From: the human T2T-CHM13v2.0 reference genome, Homo sapiens
Assembly: GCF_009914755.1 (NCBI RefSeq)
Contig: NC_060925.1
DNA length: 64,000 nucleotides
Direction: 5' to 3' (one strand)
Shown piece by piece: positions 1 through 14,384 of this stretch. Numbering within the stretch: the first letter of the stretch is position 1; each line of letters starts with the position of its first letter. The notes beneath the pieces are model-generated. The model did no database searches. It was given only the letters and a program-made list of their open reading frames with translations, and was not told where the DNA came from. Made by a program: the position numbers and the translations under genes.

Positions 1-29
1 AGAGATTATATCCAAACAATAGCCTGGAT

Positions 30-450
30 GAAATTTCCTAGAGTGGGAACACAGAATAAGAAAAGAGGAGCGCTAGGAGAAGTTTTGAGGAATGCCAATA
101 TCTAATGGCCATCCGAAGTGGGATGAGCCTGTAAAGGAGGCAGGTAAATGTGAGGAAGGCTAAGAGAATATGCTTATCAAAAAAGTCAAGGAAAGATAAT
201 GCAATAAGAATAAAGGAGTGATGAGCCATGTTAAATGATGCTGTGAAGTCAAATAAAATGAACAGTGAAAAAGCCCCATAGATTTAGCAAAATGAAGGTC
301 ACTGGTTACTTAGCAGGAGTTGATTCAATGACAATATGGGAGACTAGAGTTGGTTCGATTAGGTAAATTTTAAAGGAGATACCAAGTGTAGATAAAAATT
401 CGAATAAGTTTGGCTGTGAGTGGGAGAAGAGAGAGGAATAGCTGTAGGGA
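30..450 (-). mobile_element. L2 LINE fragment
   Basis: Degenerate L2 motifs (atgctgtgaagtcaaataaaatga…gatttagcaaaatgaaggtcactggt); boundaries approximate. Confidence 0.55.
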
Positions 451-699
451 GATATGGGGTAATGTATCTTTTATTTTTTAAGATAGAAGATGTTTAGCAT
501 TAATTATGCTGTTATGTGGATATCACTATTTAACTGGTATCCTCCGATTTTATATTAATTTGTCTTTTAAATTAATTTCCCAAAATTTCAGATTCAGAAG
601 TAATGCTAAGGGGAGCACTCATGCAAGGGGCGCAAACTCTGCCACAAAATGTATGTCCTTAGAAATGAGTTCCTAGAAATGGGAATAACAGGTTAAATG

Positions 700-898
700 A
701 GTGGCTCTCTACAAGGGGTGATTTTGTGATTTTGGCAATGTATTTTTGATTGTCACAACTTAATGAAGGAGGCTACAGCAATCTAAAGGATAGAGAGAGA
801 CTAGGGATTGCTAAACTTTCTACAATGCATAGGGTAGCCCCCTGCAGTGAAGAATTATCTACCTAAAATGTCAATTATGCCACCTGTGAGAAACCCTG
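700..898. mobile_element. MER20 (hAT-Charlie DNA transposon)
   Basis: gtggctctc…ggggtgatttt…ttgtcacaac…tacaatgcatagg…aagaattatc…aaaatgtcaat…gagaaaccctg follows the MER20 consensus; inserted in old L1M sequence. Confidence 0.85.
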
Positions 899-2416
899 GG
901 TTAATGAGTATGCACGTTTTTAAGACTTTTGATCCATCTTCCCAAATGTCTTGCAGAAAGATTAAACTAATTTGCATTTTCAACCATTTGTGTGAATTTT
1001 TATTTCTCTACATTCTCATCAACACTGAATATTTTTTATTATCATTAATTTTATAATAGGTAAAATTCTTTTAAAAACTTACATTGTTTTGATAACAATT
1101 TATTCTAAAAATCTTTTTAGACATTTATTGACCACTTGCTCTTTTCTAAAAGACATGTTTTTTTATATCTTTTGCTCATATTTCTGTTCACGAGTTTGTC
1201 TTTTTCTTACTATTTTTCTAATTACTATATGAACTCTTCCTTTAGGTATAGATTTTGTTTTTATTTATCCTGCCTAGGATTCCTTGGGTTGCTTAATCTG
1301 TGGTGTCTTTCACCAAACTGGAAAAATCTTAGCCACTATATCTTCAAATAGTGCTCTTCTCTAATATTTGCTCGAATTAGCCATATCTTCTATATATGAT
1401 ATATAATGATATGATGTATATCTATATATATATATAAAATAAATATATATTTTATATTTTTCATTTCTTTGTCTCTTTTTGCTGATTTTTATATACTTTT
1501 ATTAGAACTATTTTCCTTTTTAAAATTCAGTTGTTTGTACTATGTTTTTTAATGTATGGGTTTCTGTTTTCTATTTTTTTTATATATGTATATGAAAGTT
1601 CTACCTCATTCTTTTTCAAGTCAGCCTGCTCAACTGATAGTTGCTTGTTTAGTTTTCATACTTTTAATTCCCTTTTTCTTTAAATATATGATGTTATATA
1701 TTCACTGTCAATAATCCCAAGTATTTATTTATCTAATTTTAAAGTTTTTCCATCAACTCTCATGCATAATTGATTTTAACCTGTTCCCTTCTTTTTGTTA
1801 TGTTTCAATTTTTGTTTTTATCATTTTTTGTCTTAAAATGTTTGTGAGTTTTTGTTCATTGGAACTTTATATGTGGGAATTTTTTGAAACCAGCTTTAAA
1901 GTGCATTTTTTCAGAGACATTTTTTGTTTGGTTCTGCTAAGTGCCTTGTGACACTCCCCACCTAGGAACATAGAAAACTAAATTTTGATCTGATATTTTT
2001 ACCTGGTTATATGAATCAGGGTCCAAACCTACAAGAGTACAAGTTCGTGGTTAGGAACTCTCAGGAAAGACTTCTTTCCTGCCCTTTACTCAGTCCAGAA
2101 CTAAGAACGGAATGGGTAGATATGCTCAAATTCTCCCTACAAAAGTCTTTTTCTTTTTCTAGTTCACCAACTGAGAATGTTGTTTTTTAGGAGTTCCAGT
2201 TTTATATAGGGCTCTCTAGTTTAATTTTTCACTCTGCTCTAGTTCTAAGCATCTATTTTTTTAGCATGTGGCAGGTTATACCCAGACTCAGGACTCTGTG
2301 GACAAGGAAATGCCATGGGAAAAATGCTAACCACTACCCTCACTGGACTTGTACTTCCTTGTCAATTCTTTCTTCCAAGGAATCTCCTCATTTCTTCTCA
2401 AGGTCATGTATGCATT

Positions 2417-2945
2417 TGGTCTATAGTACAGTTTAAATCTAATATTTCTTAGTTGATTTTCTGCCTAGATGATGTGTTCATTGCTGAAAATGGGGTGCTG
2501 AAGTCTCCTGTTGTTATTGTATTGCAGTGTATCTCTCTCTTTAGATCTTTTAATATTTGCTTTATATATTTAAGTGCTCTGTTGTCGGGTGCATATATTT
2601 TTTGATGGTCATATCATTTTGCTGAATTAACCCCTTTATCATTACATGATGAACTTCTTCGTCTCTTTTTACTGTTTTACTATTTTATCTGATACAAGTA
2701 TCAATACTCCTGCTTTCTTTGGGTTTCCATTTTCACGGAATAACTTTTTCCATGCCTTCACTTTCAGTTTGTTTCCTTACAGGTAAAGTAAGTCTCTTGT
2801 AAGCAGCACATAGTTGTAGGCAGCATATAGTTGGGTCTCTTTTTTAAAATCCATTCAGCCACTCTGTGGTCTTTTAACTGGAGAATTTAATCCATTTACA
2901 GTCAAGGTAATTATTGATAGGTAAGGACTTACTAGTGCTATTTTC
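2417..2945 (-). mobile_element. L1M ORF2 (endonuclease region) fragment
   Basis: ggggtgctgaagtctcct…tttgctttatatattt…cagcatatagttgggtc…ccattcagccactctg…tttaatccatttaca is antisense L1 ORF2. Confidence 0.85.
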
Positions 2946-3232
2946 CAAATAGCTACTAAGTTTTCTTGATATCATTTGTTCTGTCATTTCCCCATAATTA
3001 GCAATTCCATTATTTTATTATTCATTTCACTTAGTTACTATTTTATTTACTTTGGGATATTTTGTTGAATTTTTAGTATTTTATGTTGATTAACTCTGTT
3101 CTTTTATATATTATGTTCACAGTTTTGTATACTATATATACTTAAAATTATCTTCATTATGAGTCAAGTAGGTATAGAATACCAGAATATTACTTAAAAA
3201 ATAATTGTACAATAAATTCTCCATCAGTTTAG

Positions 3233-4652
3233 AAAAAGAACAGTTCTATTCTTCCAAAGTATTTTGGCATTTTTATTGATTCCATCTTTTCTGTTCTTAA
3301 TTAGAGATAGCCACTATCCTCAATTTTTTAAATGATTTCTTTGGTTTTCTCTATACTGTTATTGTATATGTTTTTATTCCTAAATAATAGTTTGTTTTGT
3401 ATATTTTAGGAACTTTTAATGTATTTGTATTCATATATTCATGTACTTTATACAAATATGTATAAATTCATATGTATATATATTTTATAATGTGTTCTTG
3501 GAAAACAAAGCTTAATTCATTAAAATTAAGGAAATGTTAGTTCAGTCATTAATTTCATACCTATGTGATTGGTAAAACTTTTAGGTTAATAATATATGTT
3601 AGAAAGAATGTATCCCTGCTGTAGACTAAATTTGTACTTTGGAAAACAGATATGAAACAAATTTCAAGATGTAAATATCCTACAATACAATAATACTTTT
3701 CTTTCATATGCATATGTATAATTTTCTTTCATATGCATATGTATAAAATACACATACATATACATACAATTCAAATATAAATACATTTATATACATATGA
3801 ATATTTGCATTCATATAAATTCAATACATATACAAATGTATTTGTATTTATATGAATACATATATTCATATAAATACAAATACATTAAAAATTCCTAAAA
3901 TATACAAAACAAACTATTATTTAGGAATAAAAACATATGCAGTAAAAGTATAGAGAAAAGCAAAGAAATCATTTAAAAAATTCAGGATAGTGGCTGTCTC
4001 TAATTAAGAACAGAAAAGGTGGAATCAATAAGAATGCCAAAAGAATTCAGAAGAATAAAACTGTTCTTTTTTGTATTCATATAAATAGAAATATATTAAA
4101 AGTTCCTAAAATATACAGAACAAGTAATATACATGTAAAAGTATTTATGTGAATGTGTAAATCATGCCATGTCATTTTTTTGTTTTGTTTTTATAAAAAC
4201 TTTTTATACAGAACACTCATTGTGTGTAGCTGCATTTCATTCTTTTTCACTCGTGTAAAATATTCTACACATGAATTTGCCACAATTTATCAATTTTACT
4301 AAAGATTAATCTGGTTTGGTAATCAGCCTTTTACTCTGATAAATCACACTAATATGAATATTATGTTGGTTATATGTAATTATATAACATATACATATAT
4401 GTTATGTTACATATCTCCTGGTGTATGTATGAAAGAAAAGTATTATTGGATTTTAGGATATTTACATCTTTAAATTTGTTTCATATCCATTTTCCAAAGT
4501 ACATATTTAGTCTACAGCAGGGATATAGTCTACATTCTTTCTAACATTTATTATTAACCTAAAAGTTTTACCAATCACATAAGTATGAAATTAATAATTG
4601 AACTAACATTTCCTTGATTTTAGTGAATTGAGCTTTGTTTTCCAAGAACACA
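3233..4652. repeat. Two interleaved local inverted repeats: 3233-3436 vs 3868-4071, and 3491-3714 vs 4424-4652
   Basis: Hand reverse-complement alignment: the first pair has about 14 substitutions in about 200 bp; the second pair is similarly close over about 225 bp with one short indel. Confidence 0.95.
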
Positions 4653-4824
4653 CTATGTTTCTCAATAAAAATTGTAGTCTTCTTCATGTAGATTCTACAC
4701 ATTTGTTGTTAGATTTATTCCTAAGTAATTTATATTTTATTGTTATTGTGGGAAAGCTCTTATTTATTTTCTAGCTGGCTTTTGTTATATAGTAACTTTC
4801 ATTATTTATATGTATTTTTGTTAC

Positions 4825-5203
4825 TATATGAGTCTGCTCAGGCTGCTGTAACAATATACTACAGATGGGTGGCTTTAACAAGACATCTATTTTACCACAA
4901 TTGTGCAGGCTCTAACTCCAAGCTCAGGGTCAGTTTCTGGTGAGGTCTCTCTTCCCCGACTTGTGGATGAAGTCTTCTCACCTGTGTCCTCACATGGCCT
5001 CTTTTGTATGTACAAATGGAGACAGAAATATCTCTGGTGTTGCTTCCTCTTCTTATTAAGAAGCAGCCCAATCAACTTAAAGTTCCAGCTTTATGACCTC
5101 ACTTAACCATTATTATCATCTCTTTGTAGGCCCAAATATAGTCACATTGGAGTATAGAGCTTTATTATATGAATTTGGGGAGTACACAATTTAGTCTGTA
5201 ACA
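4825..5203 (-). mobile_element. MLT1A-family solo LTR (ERVL-MaLR; MLT1A1-like)
   Basis: ggctgctgtaacaa…tgtgtcctcacatggc…atgacctcacttaacc…tatgaatttgggg…taaca; 5-bp TSD gttac at 4820-4824 and 5204-5208. Confidence 0.85.
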
Positions 5204-5569
5204 GTTACTGTAAAGATTCTTGAACATTTTTAATAGGTCTAATTATTTATCTGTTGATTTTCTTGGGTTTTCCAAGTATATAATTATCTGAAACTCAAGA
5301 TAATTTTGTTTCTTTATTTCTGATATTTATATTCTACTTTAGTGTTTTGGTTAATTCCATTAACTAATATATCCAGAATGATTTTAAATAGTCATAGTGA
5401 GGGTTGGTATTTTTATGGGCTTATTACTTATAACTAACTTCTAAATATGATATTTTACCAATTAGAGAAAGATTTATCTTTTCAACCCAATAGTCAATTT
5501 CAAAGCAGTCATTAAAATCACTACATGTGAAACTCAAGGCATTAAAACATAATAATTATGAAATTGCAT

Positions 5570-5767
5570 TCCGAAGTGAGATTTTATGGTTCAAATTCCA
5601 GATAGGTACATAATTTTAAGCAAGTTATTTAAATTCTCTGTACCTTAATTTTCTAATTTGTGGAAAGGGGAAAATATTTTACTTCCCTTACAGTGTTTTT
5701 CTGATGATGGAGGACTATATAAACTATACTCAACATGGTAAACAGCACACGCTTTAGCTTTTATTAT
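5570..5767 (+). mobile_element. MIR SINE
   Basis: Core gcaagttatttaaattctctgtaccttaattttctaatttgtggaaagggg. Confidence 0.6.
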
Positions 5768-6180
5768 ATTTAGTGATCTTTTTTATGTCTTTTTCTAGTC
5801 TACTGGTATATTTTGATTACTTATGTTATAGTGATATTCTAAATCTCTAATGCTCTCTGTATCTCATTTAAAATTTATACATTATTAGCTCTGTTTTCAT
5901 GGTGTATTAGAATAAAAGCCATTTGGAAAAACTGATATTTAAAAGATTAATTTGCCCTTTATTAACATGAATTCATTTTCTATATTAAAGTTTATGCTTT
6001 AATATAAAAATTAAATATTTTTACTAAAACTATAAAACATTAATGGAAGAAATTGAAGAAGAAACAAATAATTGGAAAGGTATCCTATGTTTATGCAAAG
6101 GAAGAATTAATATTGTTAAAATGTCCATACTACCCAAAGCAATATACACATTTAAGACAATTTCTATTAAAATTATAATG

Positions 6181-6828
6181 CCTGCAGAGAAATAGGAATG
6201 CTTTTACACTGTTGGAGGGAATGTAAATTAGTTCAACCATTGTGGAAGACAACATGGCAATTCATCCAAGATTTAGAACCGGAAACACATCCAGGATTTA
6301 ACCCAGCAATCCCATTGCTGGGCATATACCCAAAGGAATATAAATCATTCTGTTATAAAGATACATGCATGTGTCTGTTCATTGCAGCACTACTCACAAT
6401 AGCAAAGACATGGAATCAACCCAAATGCCCATCAGTGATAGACTGGATAAAGAAAATGTGGTATATATACACCATGGAATACCACGCAGCCATAAAAAGG
6501 AATGAGATCATGTCCTTTGCAGGGACATGGATGAAGCTGGAAGCCATTATCTTCAGCAAACTAATGCAGGAACAGAAAACCAAACACCACATGTTCTCAC
6601 TCATAAGTGATAGCTGAACAATGAGAACACATGGACACAGGGAGGGGAACAACACACTCTGGGGCCTGTTGGGAGAGAGCAGGGAGAGGGTAGAGCATTA
6701 GGGAAAAAAGCTAATGCATGCTGGGCTTAATACCTAGTTGATGGATTGATAGGTGCAGCAAACCACAGGGCACACGTTTACCTATGTAACAAATGTGCAC
6801 ATTTGGCACATGTACCTGGGAACTTAAA
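6181..6828 (+). mobile_element. 5'-truncated L1PA (about L1PA10-13) nested in the L1MA
   Basis: ORF 6198-6617 is the ORF2p C-terminus (HCWRECKLVQPLWK…TWNQPKCP…), followed by L1PA 3' UTR; 12-bp TSD aaaattataatg at 6169-6180 and 6829-6840. Confidence 0.92.
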
Positions 6829-8039
6829 AAAATTATAATGACATTCTTCACATAAAGAGAAAACAAAAATCCTAAAATTTGTATGGAACCACAAAAGAAA
6901 CCTGAATATTCAAGGCAGTATGAATAAAAACAATGTTAGAGACATCATACTTTCTGATTTAAAGTTATATTACAAAACTACAATAATCAAAACAGTATGG
7001 TACTAGCATAAAAACAGAAACATAGACCAACAGAACAGAATAGAGAACCCAGAAATAAATTGAAACATATGTGGTCAACTAATTTTTGACAAGGGCACCA
7101 AGAGGACACTGTGGGGAACTGATAGTCTCTTTGACAAATGATGCAAGGAAACTGGATTTCCAAATGCAAAAGAATGAAATTGGATGCTATTTTATACCAT
7201 ACATAAAAACCAACTTAAAATGGATCAAAGACCTAAATGTAACATCTGAATTTATACAAATCCTAGAAGAGGATATAGGTAGAACTTCTTTGATATTGAC
7301 ATTGGAAATGATTTTTTGAATATCACACCAAAAAAAAAAAGGCTACCAAAACAAAAATAAATAAAATGGGACTAAAAAGCTTCAAACTAAACTAAATCTA
7401 AACTAAAAAGCTTCTGCACAGCAAAGGAAACAATCAACAACATGAAAAGGCAACCTACAAACTGGGGAAAAAAATTGCAAACCACTCATCTGATAAGGGT
7501 CAATATTCAGATTTTATAAAGAACATTTACAACTCAACAGCAAGAAAAATAAGCCAATTAAAAAGTGGGCAAAGAATATGAACAGACATTTCTCTAAAGA
7601 AGATATAAAAATGTCAACAGGTACATTAAAAGATGCTCAGTATTACTAATCATCAGTAAAATGCAAATTCAAATCACTGAGATATCACCTCACATCTCTA
7701 AGGATGGCCGTTATCAAAAAGATAAGAGATAACAAATGTTGGTGAGGGTGTAGAGAAAAGGGAACCCTAGTACACTGTTGATGGAATGCCAATTGGAACA
7801 GCCATTATGGAAAACAACACAGAGATTCCTAAGTAAATTAAAAATAGAACTACCATATAACCCAGCAATTTCTCTTCTGTGTATATACTCAAAGGAGAAG
7901 ATATTACCACATTGTAAAGGTATCTGCATTTCTACATTCATTGCAGCATTATTCACAATAGCCAAGATATGGAAACAACCTAAATGTTCATCAAAGGATG
8001 AATAGATAAAGAAAATGTGAGATATATATTATTATTTTA

Positions 8040-8465
<426 letters not shown>

Positions 8466-11459
8466 TCACTTATGTGAAAAAAAGATATATTTTAAAACGA
8501 GCTCAAATACACATAGAGCATGAAAGAAAATGATTAACATGGGCATGGGGAGGGGATTGGGGTGGCGAGAGAAATATAGGTCATATATATTTATATATAG
8601 GTCAAAAGATACAAAATAGCAGATATATAGGATGAAAGTCCAGCGAGCCAATGTACAACATAAGGGCTAAAGTTAATAAAATTATATTAGGGAGTGTTCT
8701 TAAATAAGTAGATTTTAGCTGCCCTTGTCACAAAAATAAAAAAGTAACTGTCAGATGAGAGATATATTAATCTACTCACTATAGTAAACATTTTACTATC
8801 TATATGTATCCCCTAAACTAATGTTGTAAACCTCAAATATACACAATAAAATTTATTCAAAAAATTAAATATTGATATTTAAATCTATAAAACATCCAAC
8901 TTTTATTACTTCTAAGGCAAATATGTGAAAGCTTATTTGCAAGTCAGATGTGAATTTATAGATTCATCTCATATCATTTTGTATCTTCCATTCAATTTTA
9001 TATCAGAATGTAACAAGCAACTCTTTGAAAATTATTTTTGGTAAATCCCCAAGTTGGTGTGTAATATTTTTTTAACCTTCTACAAAAAGGCAAAGGAATC
9101 CAGTAGTATATAGACCATAAAAATGACAGTCAAATTCTTTTTTAAATTTTGCATTGCTTGATCACTTCATATCACTTTACATAATGTGCACCAACAAGCA
9201 CTCAGCATCCTGAGCCCTGTACTGAACATCTCCTCGACTCAAACAGGGCTCCATTCATCTGTGTCAAATCCTGGGCTTCCTGCTTAAAAATTCCCTTGAA
9301 GGAAGTGTTCCAGTGCAAAAAATTATTCTCATAGATTCATTTTATTGTGATATACTTAACTGAGTATTTTCCAAATTCTGCCTAAATGCAATATATTTTC
9401 TCCTAAACAAGTTCTTCATGGAATTATTTAGTTACACATTCATATTTATTCTTAGAAGAGCCTGGAAGCCATACTTCCAGGCCATACTTCCAGGCTGATT
9501 AGAGAATGCTGCCATTTGTAACATCTGTCATATAAATGCCAGATTGATAACGGTGTTATTAACTCTGAATTAATTTACAAGTTACTTTTTAGGTGACTGT
9601 TGTAAGGTTAAGCTATTAGAGAAAAATTTAAATCTGTTTACAAGTTAAAAGGTTAACAAATGTGAATTGCCAAATGACTAGGAAGTGATAATTTGATAGC
9701 TTGGGCAGCAAGTGACTTTAAGAATATTAATTAAATATTATAAAGGAATAAAAATAGTGAAAATAGTTTGCACTATTGGTTTTAAGGATACAAATGTTTA
9801 CCTTACTTTCTTATTAAATCTATTCCAGGAGCTATTTGCAAAGGGTTTGCTCATAACAATTGGAGTATTTAATAAAATTGGCTTTTCCTCTCCTGTAATT
9901 CCTCAGTTAGAAAATGTAGTCCTTTGATGATGATCTAGGGCTTTGAAGAAGAAATGGATTCTAAAGAGAAAATTAGATGGTAGTTATTATGCTGTCTAAC
10001 TAGCAATGCATTGTCATTTGTCCATTGTGTTACAAATGTCTTACTTTGCCTACCTTCTTCATTTAATCATGTAACTTGCCTGTAAGCAGCATTAGAGAAA
10101 AGAATGTTGCCATATTACTCTTTCAGCTGTTTTCTTTGCTTATCCCAGAGACGTTCACTCTTAATATGCTCAATATAGAACTCTTCATCTCCTCCCTGAC
10201 ACCTGGTCTCTTCTAAATTCCTTGCATCGACACAGTTGGTCAAATTATGCCAAATACTAGGGAAGCATACTCATTTTCTCTATCTCCTTCCTTAGGAATG
10301 CCTCTCCTAACTGCATCTTGCTCAAGCTATATATGACTAGCAAGTTTAATTAGTATTTAAAAGATCAAATCCCTTTATAAAAAGGCCTACTCCAAAAATA
10401 TATTTTCTTATGGCAAATAAAATATAATTGATGTACATTTATTCAGTGTTTTAATTATTTTTATTATATATTCCTTCTGCATTTGTTTGTGTATGAATCT
10501 AATGATTTGCCATTAGAAGACTGGAAGCATGTCTGTCCAAATTTCTTTGTGGCTCACCCACCTAAAGCTATAGATCAGGATGACATTTATTATGGCAGTA
10601 ATGAAGAACAATTAGCATTTACCATATACTTGTTTCCTTCACTTTTATGTCATATGTGTATTACCTTTAAAAACTATTTCTATTTTATTTGTCAACATAT
10701 TCAGTAGAAATTCATATGACTGAATCCTATAAACCATTTTAAAAGGTTAACATTTTCTTGAAAATAGTACTTTTAAAAGAAATAAATAGAATTTGAAATT
10801 ATACCTGTTTGAATCTGAAGCTTCATTTATCTTTGTGATTTTTGAGGCAGTGGATATTGTTTTGCTAATTGCATTTAGAAATCATGTGTCATTTTAGTTT
10901 TGACATTTAATATACATAAATAATGTCCAAAGGGTAGAAGTAATTTAATCTGAAAAATCCTTATCTACTTTCCAGTTCTAATAACATAATTAAAGAAGTA
11001 CAAAATACCACATATAAAATGTATGCTTAGTTTATAAAGTAAGTTTCCATGTTCATGGCTAGTGTTCCCTAAAATTCAAAGTACATTAAAAATTCTAAAA
11101 ATATACCAGAAAACAGTGGTAGACTATATTAGATATGTTCACAACTAACATATTTTCTTTTTACCCCAAAACATGACAGATAAAATTTCACATGCTTTAA
11201 CTTTCTAATTCTCATCTTATTGATCTATAATAGACATAAATGCTGACAATAAAAATGGATCTGAAGTTACATTAATTTGTCAGATTGGGAGATTTTCAGG
11301 TATCAAATGTTAAGCATTTGGTGTTCTATGATGAAAATCATCACAGAATGTAGCTACCATATTAATATAAAGTTTGGCTTAGTAGCATTAAAGTAATCAA
11401 TAGTGGCTTTAAGGATTGACTTTTTATGACATTCTCACATAAAAATAAAGTTTACTTTT

Positions 11460-11755
11460 GGCTGGGCACAGTTGCTCATGTCTGTAATCCCAGCACTTTT
11501 GTAGGTCGAGGTGGGTGGACCACTTGAGCCCAGGAGTTTGAGACCAGCCTGGGCAACATTGCAAAACTCTGTCTCTACAAAAAATAGAAAAGTCAGCTGG
11601 CTGTGGCAGTGCGCATCTGTAGTCCCAGCTACTTGAGAGGCCGACATGGGAGGATCACCTGATCCTGGGGAGATCGAGGCTGCAGTGAGCTGGGATTGTA
11701 CCACTGCATTCCAGCCTGTGTAACAGAGTGAGACCCCGTCTCAAAGAAAAAAAAA
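11460..11755 (+). mobile_element. AluJ
   Basis: cacttgagcccaggagttt and gaggctgcagtgagc are J-type; TSD aaagtttacttt on both sides. Confidence 0.92.
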
Positions 11756-12824
11756 AAAGTTTACTTTCAAAAAAGCTTCTTTCTGCTGTTGAGTACTTAT
11801 AACACACTGCTTCAGAAAAGTCTATTATTTCAAAGCAAAGACAGTTTCAACTGCCTGTTTTTTCAATATATATTTTAAATTTCTGTAGATAATAATTTTC
11901 ATCATTATTATATATCATGACCTCATAAGAGATGACAGTATGCTTAGTTTTGGTTTTTAAAAGTCAGAATCAAAAAGCTGCTTACCTTCAGAACTCATTA
12001 GCAAAAAGTATATCGGCTATACATGTTGTCTGCCTTTGTCCCATAGAGCTTGCTAGTCTTTTCATGCACAAGTATAAACACACACCCACATTCAGGAAAG
12101 TTGTCATCAACTGGAGAAGAAGTAACCAAAGAACCATCTCTCTCATATTGAAACTTACATGTAAAAATGATTCTCTACAGTGTAATTATATTCTCTAAGG
12201 AGGGATAGCGTTAATAAGAGTGATGCAAGTCAGATAAATCAGATATTACGAGTGCATGCCTATGGGCTTGGGCTTTTGTGTTCAAGGCTTGCCCACCTAT
12301 ATGGACACACCAGATCACTAGTATAAGTCAAGTCACTACCTTCCTTCACTTAACCATTTGGTTTCATTTTCCTTTGTTGGAAATCTTTTTGCCGACTTTA
12401 GTTCTGGTACTTATTTTATATGCGGAGTTTGATTTAATATACAGAGTGGCAAAGTGGGTTTTCAGTTTAATTCAGGAAACTGCTATTTTCTTCAGAAATA
12501 ATCTTAAAAATGTCAAATTAATAGATAGATTTTGACATCTGACCTTTTAGAAAATTCAAATTTTGCAAGTAAAGACATGAAATTGTATAAAAGTAAAATT
12601 TAATGAGAACACTGCTATTGTTTACTTGAATAAAAAGTTGAAATGTTGTAGTAGCCATTTTGTACAACAATGCATTTATCTCTAACATTAATTTGATTTC
12701 AGTGTTTTTGCTCTAATGGCAACAAGGGCTAAAAATAATAATTTACTTAGGTATGTAGTGTCAAATGGAATTAGAACTCCAATAACTTGCTTTATCAGAG
12801 AGCAGAAGCTAAAGTTAAGAAATA

Positions 12825-13979
12825 TTGTCACCCGCCACATAATGACGTTTCAGTCAACAATAGACTGCAAATACAAGGGCAGTCCCATAAGATTATAAGG
12901 AAGCTTAAACATCACGTAGAGATGTCGTGCCACATTGCATTACTCACACATCTGGGGTGATGCTGGTGTAAATAAACCTATTGCTTTACCAGCCATATAA
13001 AAGTATAGCACATATGATTATGTACAATACATAATACTTGATAACGATAATAAATGACTATGTTATTGGGTTACATATTTACTATAATAGAATTTTTATT
13101 GTTATTTTAGCGTGTATTGCTTCTATTTAGAAAAAAGTTAACTGAAAACAGCATCAGGCAGGTCTTTCAGGAGGTATCCAGAAGGCATTATTATCTTAGG
13201 AGATGACAGCTCCATGTGTGTTATTGCCCCAAGATACCTTCTAGTGGGACAAGCTATGGAGGTGGAAGATGGTGACGTAGATGATCATGACCCTGTGTAG
13301 GCCTAGGCTAATGTGTGTATTTATGTCTTATTTTTTAACAAAAATTTTAAAAAGTTAAAAATAAAACAGGAAAAAGCTTATAGAATAAGGATATAAAGGA
13401 AAAATGTTTTTGTACAGCTGTACAGTGTGTTCATGTTTTAAGCTGTTATTAGAAAAGAGTGAAAAGTTAAAAAAATTCAAAAGTGTATAAAGTAAAAAAG
13501 TTACAGTAAGGTAAGTCTAGTTTATTATAATATTAAAGAAAGATAAATATTTTTATAAATTTAGTGTAGTCTAAGTGTACAGTGTTTATATATGAAGTCT
13601 ACGTTAACGTCCTAGGCCTTCACATTCACTTACCACTCACTCAGAGCAACTTCCAGTCCTGTAAGCTCCATTCATAGTAAGTGCCTTATACAAGTGTACC
13701 ACTTTTTATCTTTCACACTGTATTTTTACTGTACCTTTTATATGTTTAGATACATAGATACTTATAATAGTGTTACAGTTGCCTACAGTATTCGGTACAG
13801 GAACATGCCATACAGGTATATAGCTTAGGAGAAATAGGCTATACCGTATAGCCCAGGTGTGTAGTAGATTATACCATCTAGCTTTGTGAAAGTGTACTCT
13901 ATGATGTTCACATAATGAGTAAATTGCCTAGTGACAAATTTCTCAGAATGTATCCCTGTTGTTAAGGACCATGTGACTA
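12825..13979. mobile_element. Tigger3 (Tigger3b-like) TcMar DNA transposon
   Basis: Starts gtca…cataatgacgtttcagtcaac…gtcccataagattataa and ends tttctcagaatgtatccctgttgttaag…tgact; flanked by TA. Confidence 0.88.
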
Positions 13980-14332
13980 TATGAGTTTTCCAAGAAATCT
14001 CTTGGTTGAACTCATGTCATTTCATTTCCTTTGTACTTAAGTCATTGCATTTATGTGTTTCGGGGTCTGCATTGTTGATGTAGTCTGTAACAGCTGAAAG
14101 TTAGTGAATCCATGTATCATTTTAGGGACCTTGAAGCTGGAGTTAATTTCAATAGGATGTTCAGAGATTTCTGCTTATATAGAAATTAACAAATTTTCAT
14201 TTTGCACTTTAGCCTACAAAGGACTTCCTCCAGAATTAGCTGGCATATTTATCTATCTCTAATCTTATTTTCTAGATTAAGAATTTGTTCAAAAGGATTT
14301 GTGAATTTGTAGCACAAGGCATAACGTGACCC

Positions 14333-14384
14333 TAGTGCATTGAATAACCGTAGTGCATTGAATAACCATAGTGCATTGAATAAC
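14333..14384 (+). repeat. 18-bp tandem repeat, about 2.9 copies (tagtgcattgaataaccR)
   Basis: Directly visible. Confidence 0.95.

Noticed and set aside
6198-6617. 139-aa ORF as a gene
   Set aside because: It is the C-terminal remnant of L1 ORF2p in a 5'-truncated L1PA.
10483-10707. ORF with protein-like stretch LEDWKHVCPNFFVAHPPKAIDQDDIYYG as a hidden exon
   Set aside because: Non-ATG start, weak splice sites, no family I recognise; a BLASTX or PhyloCSF hit would reopen it.
14333-14384. Short direct repeats as a CRISPR-like array
   Set aside because: No spacers, three head-to-tail units, eukaryotic context.
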